Source: an uncultured Candidatus Saccharibacteria bacterium
GTDB taxonomy: Bacteria > Patescibacteriota > WWE3 > 2-01-FULL-39-13
Length of the DNA stretch: 64,000 nucleotides
Assembly: GCA_965230915.1 (NCBI GenBank)
Contig: OZ246395.1
Location: forward strand, 12,019 to 76,018
Direction of reading: 5' to 3'
Shown here: positions 58,431 to 64,000 of the stretch, one piece after another
Layout: the number at the start of each line of letters is the position of its first letter
How positions within the stretch are numbered: position 1 is the first letter of the stretch
Notes under the pieces: generated by a model
The model's input: only the letters and a program-made list of their open reading frames with translations
The model's database searches: none
Told to the model about the DNA's origin: nothing
Translations under genes and position numbers: made by a program

Positions 58431-58703
58431 TTACTTAACAGCATCTTTTAATGGTTTTGCTGTCTTGAATGCAACTGCATTTCTTCCTGGAATGGTGATT
58501 TTTGCACCAGTCTGTGGATTTCTTCCTTCTCTTGCAGCACGTTTTCTAACTTCGAAAGTTCCGAGTCCAGATAACTGAACTTTTTCACCTTTTACTAGTG
58601 TTGAGCTGATATTATCAACCATTGCATCTACGATTCTGCGAACCTGTGCTTTTGGCATATCTAATTCAGTTGAAAGGTTTACTACTAATTCTGCTTTTGT
58701 CAT
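58431..58703 (-). CDS. hup: DNA-binding protein HU
   Basis: MTKAELV, GLGTFEVRKRAAREGRNPQTG; GGAGGTG RBS before ATG 58703. Confidence 0.97.
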   Translation of the reverse strand: MTKAELVVNLSTELDMPKAQVRRIVDAMVDNISSTLVKGEKVQLSGLGTFEVRKRAAREGRNPQTGAKITIPGRNAVAFKTAKPLKDAVK

Positions 58704-58887
58704 TTTAAAATTCACCTCCCTTTTTAATTTAATATCCTTGCGGATATACAAAACTTAAATATTGATACATGGGATTATTCACGCATCAATGTTAGATGTA
58801 ACATAACGCTGAAAGTGTTGAACTGTCAATCTTTTTTGAATACTATATTCTTTTTAGTTGATGTTTCAACGTTTTACATTTGTCGAC

Positions 58888-58916
58888 AAAAAAAGCCGCG
58901 ATGTACGCGGCTTTTT
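58888..58916 (-). terminator. Terminator after rny
   Basis: AAAAAAAGCCGCG-atgta-CGCGGCTTTTT. Confidence 0.85.
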
Positions 58917-58935
58917 CGAGGGGCTAATTTATTTT

Positions 58936-60480
58936 CTAAGTTGCAGTTGCGACTGATCTTAGTTCGCGAATCACAACAACTTTTACAGTTCCGGGGAATG
59001 TTTGTTCATTTTCAATTTTTTGTGCGATGTCATGTGAAAGTTTTACGGCTTCAACGTCATTGATATCTTCAGGCTTAACAATTACGCGAACTTCGCGTCC
59101 AGCAGAAATTGCGAATGCTTTATCAACACCTGGGAATGATTTTGCAGCATCTTCTAAAGTATTCATACGTTTTAAGAAGCTTTCATAATCTTCGTAACGT
59201 GCACCAGGACGTGAACCTGAAATAGAGTCGGCAATTTGTACTATAACTCCTTCTATAGAAGAAGGTTTATCGTTATGGTGGTCAGCAACCGCAGCCAAAA
59301 CTGGTTTAGGAATATTAAATTTTCTTAAATATTCAACCCCAAGTTCAATATGGTTCCCTTCTTTATCAGTAATGACTTTTCCAATATCATGCAATAAACA
59401 TGCAAGCTTTGTGATTGCAACATCTGCTCCAATTTCATTAGCAATTTTTACTCCAATTTGAGTTTCTTCTAATGTATGTTGGATCATGTTTTGACCGTAA
59501 GAAGTTCTATATTTGAAAATACCTAATTTTTTAACAAGTTCTTTTGGAAGATTAAATACTCCAACTTTTGCACAGAGTTCTTCTCCTGCCTGTGTAATTA
59601 TTTTGTCTAGGTTTTCTTGTGTTTTCTGAATAACTTCTTCAATTCTGGCTGGATGAATTCTTCCATCTTTAATTAAAGTTTCCATCGATAGGCGGGCGAC
59701 TTCACGTCGAATAGCGTCAAAGCTAGAAATTCTTAATTCGCCACCTTCTTCAAAATCGATATTAACACCTGTTAAGTCTTCGAATGTGCGAATGTTACGA
59801 CCTTCTTTACCGATAATTCTTCCTTTAACTTCTTCATCTGGAAGTTTAACTGTTGAGATTGTGTATTCGGGAACGTAGTCTGTTGAACCATGCTGCATAG
59901 CTTCAACTAGAAGTTCTTTAGCCTTAGTATCAACTTCGAGCTGGATTTTTTCTTCAGATTCTTTGATCTTTCTTGCAACTTCGTTGTTTAAGGTTGCTTC
60001 GAGGTTGTCTAAAATCAGTTTTTTAGCCTCATCTTTTGTTAGAGATGAAATGCTTTCTAATTTATCAACTTGCTCTAGACGGAGTTTTTCAATTTCTTCA
60101 TTTTTCTTTTGCCATTGGCCTTGAAGAGATTTGAGCTGGTTTTCTTTGTTCTCGGACTCTTTTATTTTGTTATTGAGTTCGTCTAGCTTATTTTCAAGCC
60201 TTTTTTGATCTTCAGCGGCTTTGTTTCTGATAGTTTGAGCTTCTTCGTCTGCTCGTTCTTTGATTTTTAGAGCTTCATCTTTTGCATCTAAAACAATCTG
60301 CTTAGCCTTATTTTCAGCTTCTTTAACTAATTGCTCTACTTGTGGGGGTGCTGTGACTATAGGAGTTTCTGCAGTCGCAGTTCTTTTAGGGTTAGCCTGG
60401 GTTTTGGTTATCAAGAAATACACCAAAGCGGCGCTACCAAAAGTGCTTATTAATACGATTATGAGCGTATCTATTGGCAT
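58936..60480 (-). CDS. rny: Ribonuclease Y
   Basis: TM + coiled coil, KGRIIGKEGRNIR (KH), LLHDIGK (HD), AGREVRV. Confidence 0.97.
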   Translation of the reverse strand: MPIDTLIIVLISTFGSAALVYFLITKTQANPKRTATAETPIVTAPPQVEQLVKEAENKAKQIVLDAKDEALKIKERADEEAQTIRNKAAEDQKRLENKLDELNNKIKESENKENQLKSLQGQWQKKNEEIEKLRLEQVDKLESISSLTKDEAKKLILDNLEATLNNEVARKIKESEEKIQLEVDTKAKELLVEAMQHGSTDYVPEYTISTVKLPDEEVKGRIIGKEGRNIRTFEDLTGVNIDFEEGGELRISSFDAIRREVARLSMETLIKDGRIHPARIEEVIQKTQENLDKIITQAGEELCAKVGVFNLPKELVKKLGIFKYRTSYGQNMIQHTLEETQIGVKIANEIGADVAITKLACLLHDIGKVITDKEGNHIELGVEYLRKFNIPKPVLAAVADHHNDKPSSIEGVIVQIADSISGSRPGARYEDYESFLKRMNTLEDAAKSFPGVDKAFAISAGREVRVIVKPEDINDVEAVKLSHDIAQKIENEQTFPGTVKVVVIRELRSVATAT

Positions 60481-60489
60481 TTTTATTTA

Positions 60490-60675
60490 CAGAAGGTTGT
60501 CGGGTTTAGTCTAGGCTATAGAAAAGGTATCAATCTTAAGTTTTTAGCTATTTAATTGATTTGTTAATAATTTTGTCTTAATAACCATTTTTCTTTGATC
60601 CTTTTAATAAGTTGTTCTATGGCCGGTTTCCAGGCGGCTTCCAGGTCTAGTTCTAGGCTAAAATCGAGGCTTCTG
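60490..60675. ncRNA. Candidate 186-nt structured RNA (6S-like rod or rny leader)
   Basis: Ends pair (CAGAAG/CTTCTG, TCG/CGA, TTTAGT/GCTAAA, CTAG/CTAG); inner AAAAGG-T-ATCAA/TTGAT-CCTTTT. Confidence 0.35.
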
Positions 60676-60729
60676 GCCTTTATATCTAACTAATTAATAT
60701 TCAAGAAACATTCGATACTAACCGATATT

Positions 60730-61422
60730 TTAGAAAGGGTTGAGTAGGCTGTCAACAACACTCTGGGTTACTTCCCAAGAATAACCCTTACCAGCAAGGT
60801 AACGAGCTAATTTAATTTTGAGTTCTTTTGGGTCAGAAATGCGGTTTTGTAGAAGCCTTAGCTTCTTTTCGGCAACAGCATGTGCCCTTGATTCTTCAGA
60901 CTCTGAGCTTAGATTTCCTAATATATCGGAAATTAAAGGTTGTGGAATTCCCTTTGACTGTAGTTCTGCTCGAATTGCATTTTTGCTTTTGGCATTTTTT
61001 GTGGAGGTTCTTTGGGTTACCAGCCAATTTGCGAATTCTTCATCGTTTATATAATTAAGGTTTTTTAAGGTGGAGATAATCTCATCAAGTAATTTAGATG
61101 TATCGAGGTTCTTATATTCGGCGGTTTCTTTGACTTGTGCGTAAAGCTTCTTTTTTAGATATTGGTGAATTTCGCGTTCGCTATGCGGACGACTACCTAA
61201 AAATCTTAAAACTGCGCTATTTAATTTACCTTTAAGGCTTTTGTATAAGAGATCTGTTAACTTGGGTTGGTCGAGAATATCCGCAACAGCAAGCCGGGAC
61301 TCGAGCAAGTCGTTCCCGGATATGCTGCAGAGAAATTTATTATCAACAAAAATCTGATATAGATCTTTGTTATTAGTCGAGAGTGATATCTTCGTTACTT
61401 GCACTTGATTTGCCAGAGGCAC
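60730..61422 (-). CDS. recX: Regulatory protein RecX (start uncertain)
   Basis: [35 protein letters not shown]; follows recA. Confidence 0.9.
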   Translation of the reverse strand: MPLANQVQVTKISLSTNNKDLYQIFVDNKFLCSISGNDLLESRLAVADILDQPKLTDLLYKSLKGKLNSAVLRFLGSRPHSEREIHQYLKKKLYAQVKETAEYKNLDTSKLLDEIISTLKNLNYINDEEFANWLVTQRTSTKNAKSKNAIRAELQSKGIPQPLISDILGNLSSESEESRAHAVAEKKLRLLQNRISDPKELKIKLARYLAGKGYSWEVTQSVVDSLLNPF

Positions 61423-62449
61423 TCTTAAATGACTTGTCTTTTAGGTTGGCGTAAATCTGAGTTTCAATCTCTTTCGAAACTTTAGGGTTTTCTTCCAAAT
61501 ATTTTTTGGTGTTTTCGCGGCCTTGTCCGATGTTTTCACCTTTATATTTAAACCATGCGCCCGATGCTTCGATTAGTCCTTGGTCGATTGCTGCATCTAG
61601 TATGCTTCCTGAGATACTTATTCCTTTTCCGAAGATAAGGTCGAATTCAGCAACTTTAAATGGTGGTGCAACCTTGTTTTTTACGATTTTAACTTTGGTT
61701 CTGCTACCGATTGTTTCACCTTTATCGGTAATCGCTAAAGTTTTACGAATATCCATGCGGACTGATGCATAGAATTTTAGCGAGCGTCCACCAGTTGTTG
61801 TTTCTGGGTTTCCGAACATGACACCAATTTTTTCACGAAGTTGATTAATAAAGATGACAGTTACATTTGTTCTGCTTGTGACCCCCGTGATTTTTCTAAG
61901 GGCTTGGCTCATAAGTCTTGCTTGTAGTCCCATATGTGAGTCGCCCATTTCGCCTTCGATTTCGGCGCGCGGGGTTAAAGCAGCGACAGAGTCGATAACT
62001 ACAACATCTAAGGCTCCGCTACGGATAAGTGTTTCTGTAATTTCTAAAGCTTGTTCTCCATTATCAGGTTGAGAAATATACATTTCTTCGACATTAACAC
62101 CTAAGTCTTTTGCATATCCAGGGTCGAATGCATGTTCTGCGTCAATAAATGCAGCTTTACCTCCCATTTTTTGCGCTTGAGAAACAATGCTAAGCGCCAA
62201 TGTTGTTTTACCGCTTGATTCAGGACCGTATATTTCTATGATACGTCCACGTGGAACTCCGCCAACTCCTAACGCAATATCTAAAGTGAGTGATCCAGTT
62301 GGAATAACCTTGATATCTTCGGCGGGATTATCTCCCATCTTCATAATCGAACCTTTTCCATATGTTTTTTCTATCTGACTTATTGCAGATTTAAGTGCGT
62401 CTAACTTGTTGTCTTGTTTTACTGGTGTTTCAGTTTTTGTTTTAGGCAT
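61373..62449 (-). CDS. recA: Recombinase RecA
   Basis: [35 protein letters not shown]. Confidence 0.99.
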   Translation of the reverse strand: MPKTKTETPVKQDNKLDALKSAISQIEKTYGKGSIMKMGDNPAEDIKVIPTGSLTLDIALGVGGVPRGRIIEIYGPESSGKTTLALSIVSQAQKMGGKAAFIDAEHAFDPGYAKDLGVNVEEMYISQPDNGEQALEITETLIRSGALDVVVIDSVAALTPRAEIEGEMGDSHMGLQARLMSQALRKITGVTSRTNVTVIFINQLREKIGVMFGNPETTTGGRSLKFYASVRMDIRKTLAITDKGETIGSRTKVKIVKNKVAPPFKVAEFDLIFGKGISISGSILDAAIDQGLIEASGAWFKYKGENIGQGRENTKKYLEENPKVSKEIETQIYANLKDKSFKSASGKSSASNEDITLD

Positions 62450-62642
62450 AGTTTTTTAAATATAACTCATAAACATTAAATAAACATAAACTTTTTATTT
62501 TCAAATTGGAACCGAAAATTAAACGGAACATTGTTCGGGTTAGTTTCGGTATAATTATTAAAAATTATCACAATAAAAAAGTTTGCACAACCCAAACTTT
62601 TAAACAGTTGCATTTTGTTTTTACGGCTATATAGTAATTAGT

Positions 62643-62906
62643 ATGATTACAATAATAGATTACTACGCAGACTGGTGCGGACCATGTCAAATAATTAGTC
62701 CAACTCTTGAAAAACTTGAACAAGAGTATGCTGGAAAATTAAAGGTAGAAAAGGTTGATGTAGATGCTCAGCCAGATCTTGCGCAACAACAAGGAGTTAT
62801 GAGTATTCCAACTTTAGCTCTTATAAAAGATGGAAAAGAAGTAGACCGTAAAATCGGATTAGTTACCGAGCCGGTTTTAAAGAGCTGGATCGACGCAAAT
62901 CTTTAA
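62643..62906 (+). CDS. trxA: Thioredoxin (short, 87 aa)
   Basis: DYYADWCGPC, VMSIPTL. Confidence 0.93.
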   Translation: MITIIDYYADWCGPCQIISPTLEKLEQEYAGKLKVEKVDVDAQPDLAQQQGVMSIPTLALIKDGKEVDRKIGLVTEPVLKSWIDANL

Positions 62907-62911
62907 TTAAT

Positions 62912-63919
62912 ATGAATATCGCAATAAATGGATTTGGCCGAATTGGTCGTGCAACTTTTAAACTTTTGCTCGACAAAAAAGCAGCAGGAGAAGACATTAA
63001 TATTGTTGCAATTAATGATTTAGGTTCCATCGAATCATTAGCTTACTTATTAAAATACGACACAGTATATGGTCGATACGAAAAAATGGTTGAACATAAA
63101 GAAGGTTTATTAATTGTTGATGGGGTTGAATACAAAATGCTTGCGATTAAAGAGCCACTTCAACTTCCATGGAAAGATCTAAATGTAGATATCGTTATTG
63201 AGTGCACCGGAATATTTACCGAATCAGAAAAGGCACAACAACACATTACCGCCGGAGCAAAGAAATTGGTTCTATCGGCTCCTGCAAAAGATGATGGATT
63301 CGTTACAAGAGTATTTGGATCAGATGTTATGGATCAAGGAGCAACTCTAGTTTCAAATGCTTCATGTACAACAAACAACATAACTCCTGTTATTAGAATT
63401 TTGAACGATGCATTTGGAGTAGAAAAAGCTGTTTTAACAACTGTTCATGCATATACTGCTTCTCAGTCAATTGTTGACGGGCCAAGCAAAAAAGATTTAC
63501 GCGAAGGACGAGCTGCTGCAATGAGTATTATTCCGTCATCAACCGGAGCTGCAAAAGCTACGGGTAAGGCAATGCCTACAATGAATGGTATTTTTGATGG
63601 AATTTCTTTGAGAGTGCCTGTAGTTTGCGGATCAATTTCTGACATTACAGCTGTTCTTAAAAAAGACGTAACAGCAGAAGAAGTTAATGCTGCATTAAAA
63701 GCTGCCTCAGAACGCGAAGACATGAAGCATATTGTTATGTATACAGAAGAGCCTTTAGTTTCACGAGATATTATAAAGACATCATATTCAGCAATAGTAG
63801 ACGGAGAAATGACCCGCGTAGTAGGTGGAAATTTAGTAAAAGTTTTGGCCTGGTACGATAACGAATGGGGATATTCAAATAGACTTGTCGAAATGGCTAT
63901 ATATATGTGTAAGAGCTAA
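62912..63919 (+). CDS. gap: Glyceraldehyde-3-phosphate dehydrogenase, type I
   Basis: INGFGRIGR, SNASCTTN, WYDNEWGYS. Confidence 0.98.
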   Translation: MNIAINGFGRIGRATFKLLLDKKAAGEDINIVAINDLGSIESLAYLLKYDTVYGRYEKMVEHKEGLLIVDGVEYKMLAIKEPLQLPWKDLNVDIVIECTGIFTESEKAQQHITAGAKKLVLSAPAKDDGFVTRVFGSDVMDQGATLVSNASCTTNNITPVIRILNDAFGVEKAVLTTVHAYTASQSIVDGPSKKDLREGRAAAMSIIPSSTGAAKATGKAMPTMNGIFDGISLRVPVVCGSISDITAVLKKDVTAEEVNAALKAASEREDMKHIVMYTEEPLVSRDIIKTSYSAIVDGEMTRVVGGNLVKVLAWYDNEWGYSNRLVEMAIYMCKS

Positions 63920-63921
63920 TT

Positions 63922-64000
63922 ATGGCTAAACGCTATTTAGTAACACCACGAGAGCAAAGATGCATCGGATGTAGACTCTGCGTTTTAGCAGCAGCTAGAT
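63922..64000 (+). CDS. N-terminus of a 4Fe-4S ferredoxin-like protein (truncated by the window)
   Basis: Hand translation MAKRYLVTPREQRCIGCRLCVLAAAR with CxxCxxC. Confidence 0.55.
   Translation, partial: MAKRYLVTPREQRCIGCRLCVLAAAR

Noticed and set aside
58862-58878. parS-like TGTTTCAACGTTTTACA
   Set aside because: Wrong spacing and multiple mismatches to TGTTTCACGTGAAACA.
54280-62449. Intein or intron in nrdJ or recA
   Set aside because: Both are normal length and continuous, with no intein splice-junction or homing endonuclease motifs.
2994-63723. Many 60-200 aa antisense or alternate-frame ORFs (e.g. 35327-35938, 34160-34597, 604-1014)
   Set aside because: Shadows of well-supported genes with Ser/Ile-rich antisense composition and no motifs.
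1-64000. CRISPR array, cas genes, transposase, integrase or prophage
   Set aside because: No regularly spaced repeats and no ORF with recognisable motifs for these; short repeats near 60500-60660 are not periodic.

Overview
A 64-kb, AT-rich, gene-dense chromosomal segment spanning the replication origin of a bacterium that is most likely Patescibacteria/CPR (Microgenomates/WWE3-like). The taxonomy is inferred from gene content: PrgI/VirB4/VirB6/VirB2-pilin genes with no relaxase or integrase in the window, DUF4012, SpoIID-coiled coil, GT-C glycosyltransferases, an arm-less ValS and few SD sites. Core content: a partial tRNA and tRNA-Phe, groES-groEL, dnaN-jag-yidC-yidD-rnpA-rpmH / dnaA-oriC, valS, rplY, rnhA, tmRNA-smpB, comF, ftsH, nrdR-nrdJ, hup, recA-recX-rny, trxA-gap. 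Most interesting: (1) a chromosomally domesticated T4SS-like apparatus split across oriC. The propeller-PrgI-VirB4 operon is on the left; the right side has a VirB6-like gene, four VirB2-like pilins, three different predicted peptidoglycan hydrolases and two GT-C glycosyltransferases. (2) A TasA-SipW amyloid/biofilm-fibre pair. (3) Several unannotated structured elements: a three-way-junction leader on the VirB4 operon, a 186-nt 6S-like rod next to rny, a triple hairpin upstream of tasA and a 20-bp perfect inverted repeat element. (4) An oriC with a near-textbook Bacillus-type DnaA-trio unwinding module and apparently widespread leaderless transcription. No CRISPR array, transposase, integrase or prophage was seen. 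All family calls are by-eye motif recognition, not database hits.
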